A program made the position numbers and the translations under genes. A stretch of 64,000 nt of DNA from Mytilus edulis (Eukaryota): contig NC_092351.1 in assembly GCF_963676685.1 (NCBI RefSeq), positions 63,364,001 through 63,428,000 of the forward strand. Direction: 5' to 3'. Below the pieces are notes generated by a model that was not told the origin of the DNA, did no database searches, and saw nothing but the letters and a program-made list of their open reading frames with translations. This document shows, piece after piece, positions 50,286 to 63,062 of the stretch. Every line of letters starts with the position of its first letter. The first letter of the stretch is position 1.

Positions 50286-51879
50286 TGATTCTCCGACCCT
50301 CATTTATGACTCTCTCCTTTTATACCACAACTCCATTCTAGATCTTTCCAATAATCTGATGAAATATGTAAACTAAACGATAATAAACTCTCTGATGAAA
50401 TGTTTCTGATGTAACACTTGTATATGAAATATAACACTAGGGCATCAGTAATAGGGCACTAGGGCGAATGACATAAATAAACATCTGGCATAAGCCATTA
50501 CCCTAAATACGTGGTTAGTCACAAAAGGAATGATCCTGATGAAATCATGAAAATGCTGACTATAAGAGTCAAGTAAATGATGATAACATATCTAGATGAA
50601 TTATGAAACATTGCTGAGGACAAAATTCATCACAAATGGTATAATTCCATATTCGCCCCAAATAACCATCGTTCATGGTACAAAACCAACAAAAACTACT
50701 CCCACAAGTCATCTTCGCTCAAAGAAACATCCCTTTTGATAATGTTTCTTTCCAAGTCATAGAAGTCAAAACCGAGCTGTCGGAATCCACGGCGAGAAGA
50801 TAGAGAAAATGTTGGACTCACGAGCTCCACACGTTACGAAAAGGATACAGGAAAGAGAAAGAATAAATGAATACACCACATCGTTCTTTTATCTTGTAAT
50901 ATTGGCCAATGGATGTTGCAACTCTAACCACTAATTTGATAAATAATCTTGAAAGGCATTCAAGTTATGAATTATTTACGGGGTAGCAACATGTACATTG
51001 AACTGCAAAATTTTCTTATAATCTACATCCGATATCACCTGGTCATGTGCACGTCAGATAAAGCTAATTTGTCTTAACGAAATGTTGTTATTTTCTCGTT
51101 TTGAAAATATTTTAAATATCGTAATATGTGCTTATTAAATAGTGTTAAAATTACATTGTTAGACACTCTTTATTTGTATTTATGAATCATTTAAAATAAT
51201 ATGTGCACTGATAAATCCACGCGCTCTCAGTTGTGTATGTCATGTGTTGCTATTTATAGGCACGTATATACCAATTGATGTATGTATATCATACAGTGAC
51301 GAATCAAAAATACAAAGTACAACAGATTAATGTATCACAAACCTTTAGCCATCGGTAAACGACAAAATCTGCGCATGTTCATGAGGGGGATGCATGACTT
51401 AACTCATTTTAATACTTCCTTGAGGAATTACATTTCTGAAGTAACAGCAACGTCAAAATAACTTACGTTGGCAGAAATATTTTTGTTGGTATTTGAACAC
51501 GAACTGGCAAGGAGGATGTGGCGTAAATCCGACTCCGTACTTAAAGGTAAATCAGCGAACTTTGATACAACCCTTGGTAAAACCGGGTACTTTCAGGTGA
51601 CAATAGACTTGCCTCAAATAGATCGTTACTGTCGTTTTTCTGTGGTCTTTTTTTTTTGTTATTTTGTAAGATCGTAAATCTCACTTTTTAAAGCAATTCT
51701 TTCGTCAGTTAATTGTGGATTTCTTTGTACTGCGAATTAATTCAAGAAAATTGATCTCCGTTCGAAATTCAATGTTGAATGTCTAACGGACCTAACTAAC
51801 CTTGGTAATCGTTGTATGGCTGCTAAGAAGCAGTATGCTAGCGCCTTAAATTTGTCATTTTCTCAACGAATGCTGAAAT

Positions 51880-52388
51880 GGTAAACGGACAGAAAGTCAC
51901 AGGACAAAAAGTCACAGGACATAAAGTCACAAATTTGATAGGACAAAAAGTCACAGGACAAAAAGTCACAAATAATTTGTTGACAATTGATTGAATATAC
52001 GAGAGAAAGATCTTGAAATATTTTCTTTTTGTAACATATATTTATTTCTAAGTTTAGGCAATTGTTCATAAGCCTTGATAAATGAAAATCTATTAAAATT
52101 AATCATACAAAGGACATATTTCTTGGCAGAATGAAGCCATTTAGGTAATTAGCCACTGTGCAATTTTGTTTTCATAACAATTATTTGATCATAATTGATA
52201 TTTTTTTTAACACATTTTGAATTACAAAGTTGCTTCATATAAAATAGTTCAAGAAAAAACAAAAAAAATATTAAAAAAAATAGTGTAATCTTGTTCAAAG
52301 AAAAATAATCTCAAAACTGAATTGTGACTTTTTGTCCTGTGACTTTTTGTCTGTGACTTTTTGTCCTGTGACTTTCTGTCCTACATTC
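51880..52388. mobile_element. Mutator-like MITE with 15-bp subterminal repeats
   Basis: GGACAAAAAGTCACA arrays in inverted orientation at the two ends; 8-bp TSD gctgaaat (51872-51879, 52389-52396). Confidence 0.85.
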
Positions 52389-53034
52389 GCTGAAATATAT
52401 GCTATTGAAGGTCATGGTTATTGAGATCTAGACACTTTTTCATACTTTTTTAAACTGGAATTCAACAAATATGACCAAACATTACCCTATTTGATCGTCG
52501 AACAACGGAAAAATAATTAACGTTGTACATAGGAAATAGTGGTCTATAGAAATTCGTACATTGTTTATTGTCCCGTGTGCCTATGGTTAAGCATGTCAAT
52601 TTTTGTAACGTATTGAACTCACGCAGGTTACTTCCTTCCTGAATCTTAGCATAAACTGATGAATTTCCATCTTATATTAATTGCATGTATCTCAAACCCT
52701 AAATTTTCTGCCTGCTTGAACCCTTCAACTATAATATCGCTTTTCAACGTCTGGCTAAAGAATGACAAATTTTTAAGACATGACGTATTAATCAGCAGTT
52801 ACATAAACAGTAAGGAAACCGTTCCAACTGTTATCTATTATTAACACGTAACAAAAAATAATATTCAAAGTAAATCCATTATGTTGTAATATTACCAGTA
52901 CGAAAAACATGACCCGTACTCCAACCGGACATGAACAGTACTTTTAAAAACCGTACTTTTTTATACGATTGGACTTTTCTATGAATTGATCATTAAAATT
53001 TGCCGTAAACCGGCTCGAGATATTTAAATGAGCA

Positions 53035-53250
53035 GGAGTCCAGTTCATAAAGTCCAACTGGACTTTTTAAAAGGCCGGCTGGCATTTCGAAACGTCCAGC
53101 TGGCCTTTTAAAAAAGTAAGGCTCAATATTATCCAGCTGGCATTTCTGGCCAAAATGTTCTCAACAAAGTCCAACTGAACTCTATAAAGTCCGGCTGGAC
53201 TTACAAAAGTCTATATATAGACATGCTAAAGGTCAGCTGGACTTTTAAAA
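53035..53250. repeat. Array of palindromic GTCCAGCTGGAC-like motifs
   Basis: About 8 variants (near 53038, 53051, 53072, 53094, 53131, 53169, 53189, 53231); probable transposon subterminal repeats. Confidence 0.6.
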
Positions 53251-53472
53251 GATGATTATGATTCATATTATTTAGCAGTATGACTTATTGGACCTACAAA
53301 TATAAATACTCAGAAATGCAACCAAGGCTTGAAAATTAAACAACACGCGACAAATATCAATATTATAATTCTCGCTTCCAACAAATGCTGACATACAGGA
53401 TTTACAACAATTTTACTGCCAAGAATTTCAGACATCATATGATTGACAGGCTGTTACATTAACACTTATATT

Positions 53473-53823
53473 TGTTATATTTCTTATTTTGCAAATTCGG
53501 AATTTCAAAATATATCTATAACATCTAAGAAAATATTTGTTGTTTCATGTATATTGAAATCGTACCGATGCAGGATTGATCTCCAGAACAGAAATATTTG
53601 CGTATTACGTAATAGCAAGAAACATTTAATATATTACAGCTGGACATTATCTATATATGATGAACTATAAATATTGTGAAATATATTGTATGCATTTATA
53701 TGAAATTGTATTATAGAGTTGCCATGAGATCTCAGTTGTAATAAAATATAGTTATTTTGGAATTCTTCGTTTTTACCAGGCCAGCTAAGTCCAGATGACA
53801 TAGGCTGAAAGTCAAGTACGACA
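53473..53823 (+). repeat. 5' LTR (rearranged: inverted head, ~835-bp deletion)
   Basis: 53473-53523 is the reverse complement of 60370-60420; 53527-53823 matches 61255-61552. Confidence 0.9.
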
Positions 53824-53825
53824 TT

Positions 53826-53839
53826 TGGAGGAGGTACCC
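53826..53839 (+). promoter_or_regulatory. Primer binding site, tRNA-Cys-like
   Basis: TGGAGGAGGTACCC 2 nt after the LTR end; complement ...GGGTACCTCC-T-CCA has a U discriminator and a Cys-like acceptor stem. Confidence 0.6.
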
Positions 53840-53874
53840 AAAAATCCCGGCTAGTCCCCGAGAATACAGAACAA

Positions 53875-55056
53875 ATGCCTGCACCACTCAATAGCGGTAG
53901 TAACTACTTTTTAAGATCAGCACCAACAACTACAGAAACAGACACTGGAGCTACAGGCACAGCAGATACGAGCACAGGTACAACAGCAACAAGCACAATA
54001 ACAACAGCGTCAAGCACAATAACAACAGCGTCACGCACAGGGGTAACAGCGTCAACCAGTACAAGTACAACAGTTGCAACAGCAAATACTGTCAACAACA
54101 CAGAAGCAGTGTGACCAGTAATTATGCCAGGGGGTATAACTTTAGACAAGTTTAATGAGGAAGAAATAGCAGGTCAGTGGTGGACATTTTTCATGCAATG
54201 GTGTATGCTAAACAACATTGTAGGGAATAATATTTGCTCAACTTTTCCATTCAAGTTAGCTAAAGGTGCGCCATTGTTGTGGTATAACAGCTTAACAGAT
54301 ACGGTGAAAAACAACATCCAACAGCTGAAGGCGGAGTTCCTGAAAAGGTTTTCAAATCAAAGTACCATGTTTGATGTAGGGCTGTTTCGAATCAAACAAC
54401 TACAGGATGAGACGGTGGACGATTTTTTCGTCCGGTTACAGACAGAGATGAAGGGTGCAGTTATTCCAGAAAACATCGTGGTCGGAATGGTTATTCAAGC
54501 ACTTAATGGGAAAATTGGCGAGAAGGTTTACTCAAGAGTTCCCCAACCATTAACACTGACGGAGGTAAGAGAAGCAGCGTTGCAAGCAGAGCGAGCTGTC
54601 AAACTAAATTCAGAAGACCATGGTGAATCTATAGCGGATCTTCAGACGATGCTAGAGAATATGAGTACAACGTTGATGGCAATTGGAACAGGGCAGCAGC
54701 AGCAGCAACAACAACAGCAGCATCATCAGCAGTATCAACAGCAGCAGCATCAGCAGCAGTATCAGCAGCAGTATCAACAGCAGAACCAGCAACACAGAGA
54801 GTACGACGGCGGTTACAACAGTGGACAGAGTCGACAATCAAGACAGACCATCAGGGAGGAGGATAAAGTCTGCTATAATTGCGGTACGTTGTGTAAGCGT
54901 AGTAAAAGGTGCCCTGCTTTTGATAAAATATGCCATAAATGTAAAAAACAAGGTCACTTTGGTAGAGTTTGTATTAATAGTAGAAGCCAAGAAAGATATA
55001 GAAATGATAGGGGTACTTATAATCATAATAATAATTTTCAAAAACGTGGGTTTTAG
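53875..55056 (+). CDS. gag: Gag (Thr-rich N-terminus, polyQ, two zinc-knuckle-like motifs); in-frame TGA at 54112
   Basis: ORFs at 53875 and 54124 share a frame; capsid-like WY...LK..FL.RF...Q...ETV..F; CYNCG...CPA...CHKCKKQGHFGRVC. Confidence 0.85.
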
Positions 55057-55094
55057 GGATTCGCGCCTATCCGTAGGCGTCAGTCTGAGGATAG

Positions 55095-58000
55095 GCACAA
55101 AGGCAGATCTTATGCAGAGGTAAAAATACTACTGTTGTAGATGTGCAAGGCAGAACAACGCACAGCCTTGTAGACACAGGCGCACAAATTACATGTTGCA
55201 GCTCAGATTTTTTCAATAAATTGCCCTTTAAAGATAATAAGCTTTGCAAATCTGAGTATTTTAACATAACAGGTGTTGGAGGTACACGTTCACGGGTATT
55301 AGGCAAAATTTTATTACCACTGTCATTTAAAGGCACTGTATTTCAACAGTACGTACATGTAATTGAAGGTCTGCAGCATTCTTTGATTATAGGAGTAGAT
55401 TTCATGTTGTCACATAAAGTTAAAATAGATTTTGACACACAAACATTATGTTTTAAAGACAATGAACAAGAAATCTGCACTTTAAAAGCTAATACTGGAC
55501 TTGCAAGGTCATTGTTAACTGTAACTATACCCCCACAACATGAGACTAATATTAGCATAAAAATTTCAAAACGAAATTCAGGGGATATAGTTCTTTTAGA
55601 ACCAAATGATGAAATACAAGGTTTAAATCTGATGAGTGCAAAGTGTTTGGTTAAAATTAACAAAGGAAAAGCAGTCATTAGAGTTTTGAACCCTACAAAG
55701 AAATCAGTTACAATTCATGCAAGTAAAGTTTTAGCAACTGTGTCAGACATTGAAATAGAGTCAATACAAGAGTTAAATGATGCACCTACAAATGATGCTA
55801 ACATACATGCAATAGATACAGAAAATAACAAAACGAAAACACGCATTGATTTTGATTTAAAGAATTCTGACTTAACACAAGAGCAAAAACAAAAGCTTTT
55901 TACATTTTTGAATGGTAATAGAGATGTTTTCGCTACAAGTCTTTCAGAGTTAGGTCATTCAAAAATATACAAACACAAAATAGAGACATACAGAGACGCA
56001 AAACCAGTGAAAAGACCATTCTACCACCAGTCGCCGCCTGTTGAAAAGGAAATTAGCAGACATGTCGAAGAGATGGAACGACACAACCTGATAAAGCCAT
56101 CAAATAGTGAGTACCATTCTCCCGTGGTTCTTGTGAAAAAGAAACAGTCAGGGCAATGGATATTTTGTTGTGATTATCGTTTGCTCAACAAGCAAACAAT
56201 TCCTATGTCCTTTCCATTGCCTAGGCTTGAATGTGTCTTTGATACATTAGGAGAATCACAAGCAAATATATTCTCATCACTTGATCTTTATAGTGGCTTC
56301 CATCAAATTGAGATGGACGAGGAAACAAGGCACAAATCTGCATTCATTACACGAAATGGTGTTAATGAATGGCTTCGTTTACCTTTCGGTCTCAGAAACT
56401 CTCCTGTCAGTTTTCAGATGATCATGACTCAAGTGCTCAGAGGGTTAAATTGGAAATTTGTGTTGGTCTATGTCGATGACATTCTTATCTTTAGTAAAAC
56501 TTTTGAGGAGCATCTTAGGCATCTAGAACAAGTATTTAACAGACTCCGAGACGCAAATCTTACATTGAAACCAACCAAATGTGAGTTTGCAGTCAAAGAA
56601 GTCAAATACTTAGGTCACATCCTATCAAAACACGGAGTTCAGGTGGATCCATCTAAAACGGATGCGGTTAGTTCATTTCCGGTTCCTAAAAATCAAAAAC
56701 AGGTTAAATCTTTTCTGGGTATGTGTAGTTACTATCGGAAGTTCGTTGATTCTTTTGCTAACATTGCTTCTCCTTTGAATGCTTTATTGAGAAAGGATTT
56801 TGAAAAGAAATTTCATTGGACTTCGATATGTCAAGAAGCTTTTGACAAGCTCAAAAAGGCTTTATTATCAGCACAGATCTTGGCATATCCTGATATGAAC
56901 AAACCTTTTATGCTAACTTGTGATGCTAGCTAGTAGTACGGCAATTGGGTTTGTTCTAGGTCAATTAGATAGTCAAGGTCGAGAGCATGTCATAGCTTAT
57001 GGAGGTAGAAGTTTGTCTAGGGCAGAACGAATCTGGTGCACCACAGAACAAGAATGTTTAGCTGTTCTAGAGGGTGTCAAACATTTTCGTGCTTATTTGA
57101 CTCGTCGATTCAGAATTTTCACAGATCACAAGGCTCTTAAATATTTGATGGATCAAAAGGTTGCAGTCGGTAAATTAGGTCGTTGGGCTCTTAAATTACA
57201 GGACTTCAACTTTGATATCGTTCACAAACCAGGTAAAAACAATGAGGTGGCAGATGCTCTCAGCAGACGCACATATACTGAAGTGGCTGATGAAAATAAA
57301 ACATCGCCAGTGAAAGTGTTTGTTGCAAATGCAAATGAAAATGAGTTTCTGTCAGATACAATTGAGGTTAATGCTTGTGAGACAGATCTAGAGGTAGACA
57401 ATAAAGGAGACGAGGACTTGGAGAGTGTAGAGCTCGAATTATTTTATGGAGACTATACACTTCTTGCTCCTCTAGATCCTGAAGTCGTCAATAGTGAGTT
57501 ATTGGACATTCCTGCTGTAGGTCAGTTACAACAAGTTGACCCAGATTTTCAGGATATGTTTAATTACTTGCAAAATGACGTTTTACCTCAAAGTGAAAAG
57601 GTTCGACAAAAAGTTCTAGCAGAATCTCAAGATTACTCAGTTTGTGATGGTGTTTTGTATAAATGGTTTCAAAAGAGGTTTAAAACGAGTCCAGATGAAA
57701 AGTACATTAAACAATTATGTCTTCCATTAGCTCTCAGACGTCATGCTTTGCTAGCTTATCATGACTTGAATTATGGTGGTGCACACTTAGGACAGGGTTT
57801 TGGCTGCTTTGAGACAAAAATATTTTTGGCCAAAAATGCACCAAACAGTCAAAGACCATGTTCTTTCTTGTGACAGGTGTCAACGAATTAAGGTTGACCA
57901 TACACGCAAAAATCCACCTTTAAATCCTTTGCCAGTGGTAGGTCCATTTGATCGATGGCATATGGATTTCTTAAAGCTGAGCAAGACAAACAAAGGTGAA

Positions 58001-59149
58001 ACATACTTGCTCGTTTTGGTTGATAGTTGTAGTAAGTGGGTTGAAGCATTTGCTATGAAAACACAAGAGGCTTCTGAAGTTGCAAAGGTCTTGTTCAAAG
58101 AGGTTTTCTCTAGATTTGGCGCAGCAAGGTTTTTGGTTAGTGATCGTGGAAAAAGCTTCATGAATAATTTAGTTCTGTCGTTATGTGAGATATTTGATGT
58201 TACAAGATATCATACTAGCTCGTACCATCCTCAAACAAATGGGTTAGTAGAAAGGTGCAACTCAACTCTGATAAAGTCTTTCAGAGCATACTGTGATAAG
58301 GCTCAAAATAATTGGCCCGATAAATTACCCGGAATTTTAATGGCTTTACGCAATTCTCCTTCAACTCAATCAACTGAGTTTTCTCCCTTTCATTTGCTGT
58401 TTGGTAGAGAAATGAATCTACCTTTTGACACTTCTGTTACACCTAAACAGAATTTATCATCAGATGCCAAGCTTCAAATGGAAGAAGTTCTATCAAATCT
58501 AAAGATCACACAAGATCTTGCCACTAAAAATATGTTAGAAAAACAGTTAAAATCTAAAGAGCGATACGACCGAAATTCAAAAATTCCACAATTTAAAGTA
58601 AGGGATTTAGTTTTACTTCGGCAACATGTGGTTCCCGTCGGTCGCTCACCGAAATTGGTAGATAAGTACAAAGGGCCTTATTACATAACTGAGTTGGGAC
58701 CAAAGTACACATACAAATTGAGAATGTGCAGCACTAATAAAGAGGTAAAATCGATGATCAATGCAAAAGAAATAATCCTTTACAAGGATCCAAGAGATCA
58801 TCAGCTGCAACCCAATGAGGTGGTACAAAGTCAAGCTAATAATGCTGATAGGGTAGATCAGCATGATCAAAGTGATGAGAATGTGCCTCAAGCACAAAAT
58901 AGGGAGAATGAAACCACTGATGGTAATGATGATCAGGTAGAAGATCATCAGTTTTATAAAGCGGAAAAACTTTTGAAGTTAAAGCGCTTACAAGGTAAAC
59001 GACATTTCCTTGTAAAATGGGCGGACGGCTCAAAACCCACATGGGAACCAGAAGAATATGTTTCAGAACATTTAATCAGAGTATATTTCAGCACACATAC
59101 AAATACAGGAGCTAAACGAAAGAGAAAAACATGCATACGGCAAAACTAG
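55095..59149 (+). pseudogene. pol: Pol: protease, RT, RNase H, integrase, chromodomain; frameshifted
   Basis: LVDTGA, LPFGL, YVDDIL, TCDAS, FTDH, H-H-CC, WHMDF, SDRG, GLVER, KYKGPY, FLVKW...TWEPEE. 4-bp duplication near 56930 and a frameshift near 57795. Confidence 0.95.
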
Positions 59150-60354
59150 TCACACAAAACTATTAAAGTATTTTTCATTCCTTGAAATAACAGAAAAAAT
59201 ATATAATAAAGCACATTAGCATATACACATTTTTTTTCTTTTGCACCAGTGCTGAAGTCTTTGAATTGTTTTTATAGTGTTATTCTCGAGATTAAATCTT
59301 TTAGGAACTTTAGATTGTTTTCAAAAACCATCAATTATTTATTCAAAATTGTGGTGTTTTGTTACCCTTGACAGATTTATATCTGTTGTCTAATAGTGCT
59401 AAGAGTATGCGCATGCTCATCTAACAACTCATCACACATTTTTTTTTCATTTTTACATGTTAAGGTTAAATAACACTTAGAAACTTTTCACTGATGACAG
59501 TTTTTTTTTATGGTGTTAATATTTTCTTGAATGATACAGACTGAAAGCCAAAGCATAAAGAGAAAGTACACACACATTGTGGACAGTTTTTTACGAAGAG
59601 TCTTGAAGTACGTTTTTTGTTTAATTTATTTGTATATAATATGATAATTTTCTTATATTTTTGTGGTTCAAAGCTAGAACATTTACTTCAACACTTGTTA
59701 TTTTACAGTAAAAAGAAAGCAACATGTGCGTTTGTACCTTCTTTTATTTTTGCAAGCCGCGACGGCTTTTCCTTCCGAGCCATTGGTTCTATAATTTTGA
59801 GCAACAATGCTAATATTCAACTGACTATTTTATTTCGGTTTAGTTTGGTTGATTTTTTTTTTTTTTGGCAAACTGCGTGTAGAACCAAATTTAAATTTGT
59901 TTTCACAAAACAAAACAAAAATTCCGTGGATAGTACATGTGTTACAGTACCAGTCCTTATTCTGCCTCTGTGTCCATCCTATTTTACTATTAAACCTCAA
60001 TGTATTTATAACATTGTATTGACAAAAGTGAGTAAACTGTCAAATGTCAGATTTCACCATACCCATGTCCAGCAATGCAGAGTATGAGTTTTTAAATTAT
60101 TTTATATATTGGCTTAAATTCAACAAACTCACGATATTGTTTTCAAAGATAAATGGCATTTATTCAGCACCTATTAATGTGGCTCAATGAGCATACTACC
60201 TTACACAACAGTAGCAGAAAACAATAGAACATTATATTTGTGACAATGTATATATATTTTATGAGTGTATATAAAATTGATTAACTTGATTTTCTAATCT
60301 TATATGTCTTATATTTGTAGTTGATGTTATGTGGCTTTGGGGTCAAAGCCAATT

Positions 60355-60369
60355 AAGGCAGAGGGGAGA
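60355..60369 (+). promoter_or_regulatory. Polypurine tract
   Basis: aaggcagaggggaga immediately before the LTR TG. Confidence 0.85.
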
Positions 60370-61552
60370 TGTTATAGATATATTTTGAAATTCCGAATTT
60401 GCAAAATAAGAAATATAACAGCTTTGCAAACTTTCTTTTATTAAATATTTTATTTTTTATTCTCAAAATGAATTTGTAAAAGTGGACAATTTAGAAGAAA
60501 ATAGATTTTACAGATATTTGACAAATATTGATAATTATTCATTCATTAATTATACATGCTATATTTTGAATAAAAGAAAGAGTGTAGGCAATTAGGCCTA
60601 TTGTCAAAATTACAAAGATTGTCGCAACATAGGTATACGAAAATCAATAATTTAGATTAAAGTGTCAGCTTGGTTGACAAGACAAAATTATGAGTGACCA
60701 ATTAAAATGTTGTGGTCAGCTACGAAATTATGTAACGATAATTTTCATTGGTAAAACGAAGAAAACCTGGGATCTCTAAGCACGTGAGCAACGACCTTTT
60801 TAAGCTAGTGTTTTGGGCTATTCGTCAGTTGCCATGAGATCTCAGTTGTAATAAAATATAGTTATTTTGGAATTCTTCGTTTTTACCAGGTAATTCATTA
60901 TTAATATTTTAAAGCATTCTTTTTATGAAAATTACATTTCACATTTACTTTTAATTAAGTTTTATTTATTTAGTTCTATTTATTTAAAATGAGCGTTTTT
61001 AGTTTATTACATTACGATTAAATAGATGATTTTTTAAGTGAAATATACAGTAAACATAAATTCCGTAAATGTTATTTATTTCATTAATTTTCATTATTAC
61101 ATGCAAATTTGTTTACAGGAGATCTGTGAATTTGACGCATAATTTATTCGTAGTAAAGTTAAATTCTGTTATTTGGTTATATTTAATATTCAACGAAGTT
61201 TAAAGAAATCTTTGTTTGTCACTTTGGTTTACCTTGACAACGCAACAGAACACAAAGAAAATATTTGTTGTTTCATGTATATTGAAATCGTACCGATGCA
61301 GGATTGATCTCCAGAACAGAAATATTTGCGTATTACGTAATATTAAGAAACATTTAATATATTACAGCTGGACATTATCCATATATGATGAACTATAAAT
61401 ATTGTGAAATATATTGTATGCATTTATATGAAATTGTATTATAGAGTTGCCATGAGATCTCAGTTGTAATAAAATATAGTTATTTTGGAATTCTTCGTTT
61501 TTACCAGGCCAGCTAAAGTCCAGATGACATAGGCTGAAAGTCAAGTACGACA
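60370..61552 (+). repeat. 3' LTR (1183 bp)
   Basis: TGTT...GACA, follows the PPT, followed by the TSD; internal 64-bp duplication. Confidence 0.92.
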
Positions 61553-62049
61553 TATTTCTCAAAAGTTCTCAAATCACATTTTAATAATGTCAACTATATA
61601 GTTCAATTATTTTGCTATTTCAAAGCTTTTCTAGCATAGCCAACTGCCTCTGTGACTCCTTTATTGAGTTCCTCCTCAGAAGGTTGGGTTTTCTGGTTTA
61701 TTTTGCACCATCCCCTAACATAATCTGAAAATACAAAAATAGATTGCATTATGCATCTGTGCTGGTTATTTCTTTTTTTGTACGGACTCAAAAGCAAGAA
61801 GAGTTACGTACATGAAAAATATACAAAGCTTAATTCTTATTCTTAAAAATTGTGGTTTGTCTAAATAATCTGAAGGTATAGCCTCTTGTATACTTAAACT
61901 TTTGATAAATATGTCAAAAGTATTTGCATAAGGGAAAATACTGCCAAACAGATTTGGAAACTGCTTCCCTGACTGTTAAAAACGATAACTTTCAAGGGCA
62001 GTATCATATATTTCATAATAAAATTAAAATAAGGAAGTTACTGTTGAGA

Positions 62050-62800
62050 CACACATTCAAGATAATCCAGTTTACAGATTTAGTGTATAATTCATCAATT
62101 AGTTTCCCCCAAGGTAGCTTAATAGTTTCTCTTAACCTTCTAAATTTCTCATCATAAATTCTCCAAGGTTCATCTCCATATAAATCATACATCTCCCTAA
62201 TATTATGAACATACTGAAGTAAATGCCTTGCTTCCTCAGGGCATTTCTCAATGTAAATATCTGAAAAAAAACTAAATATGCAGATGTCCACTGTTTAATG
62301 GAAAGTGGAGGTTTGTTTGACCTTCAGTTGTTGTACAAAGAAAATTTTCCGTTACTTACCAATAAACTGAATGGGTCCTCTACATAAGAAGACGTTAAAC
62401 TATTCATATTAATGAATTCATCTGACCATATTTTCTCTTTAATTTTTTGTGAAACAGTGGCCCCCAATGGGATGCCATCTGATACTTGAATTTTAAGTGA
62501 ATTTTCACTTGAATTATGTGTGTTGACTGGCGGCTCACCTGAAAAAAAGTGTTTCAACGACAGTTTGGATATCAAATTCTTTAGAAGTGCTGCATGTCGG
62601 GTTTAAGACTGATGTAGTTGTATCATCAGGTGCCACTGTGCATGTAGGATTTACATGTATTTGTGTTGTGCTCTCCTCAGATGCTGCTGATGTAGGATTA
62701 GGAGCTGATACTGTGCATGAAACTGGATCAATGTTAACGTTCTGTGTAGATGTTGGTATCTGAATCGTTCCATGTAGCTGATTTTGTGAAACATCTGTAT
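62050..62800 (-). pseudogene. DIRS/Ngaro-like ORF1 (gag) remnant
   Basis: PLGATVSQKIKEKIWSDEFI...KQWTSA...IYIEKCPEEARHLLQYVHNIREM...WRIYDEKFRRLRE...LPW; stop and frameshift; no RT or YR downstream. Confidence 0.65.
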
Positions 62801-62845
62801 CTACATGTATATCAGCCTCAATATTTACACTGCTATACTGAAAAA

Positions 62846-63062
62846 TACACTAGTCAAACTGACTAGCTTACCTAGTCAAATTGACTGTCCACAGGATGAC
62901 TATGTCAAAAGTCAATTGACTTATTATTTTTGTATATTAACTAGCTTTGCTAGTCATTCTGACTTTGTTAAAATAGTTTTTGTACTAGACCAATAGTCAA
63001 GTCTACTTATTATCCTAGTCAAGTTATCTCTTGCTGCGAACGCAGCCTGACTAGGCAGTCCA
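62846..63062. repeat. Cluster of (ta)gtca/tgac(ta) short repeats
   Basis: Many ctagtca/tgacta motifs in both orientations after cactagtc; probable CMC-type subterminal region. Confidence 0.45.

Larger units (their letters stand above)
53473..61552 (+). mobile_element. Ty3/Gypsy LTR retrotransposon with chromodomain integrase
   Basis: TG...CA ends, 4-bp TSD TATT (53469-53472, 61553-61556), PBS, gag, PR-RT-RH-IN-chromo, PPT, two LTRs. Confidence 0.95.

Noticed and set aside
50360-50550. Repeated CTGATGAA motifs as hammerheads
   Set aside because: No paired stem II with a correctly placed GAAA and stem III.
54629-55123. Overlapping poly-Ser, poly-Leu and poly-Ala ORFs
   Set aside because: Alternative-frame readings of the gag CAG repeat.
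59617-60087. 156-aa ORF as an env-like gene
   Set aside because: TTG start, composition of T-rich UTR, no signal peptide or fusion-protein features.
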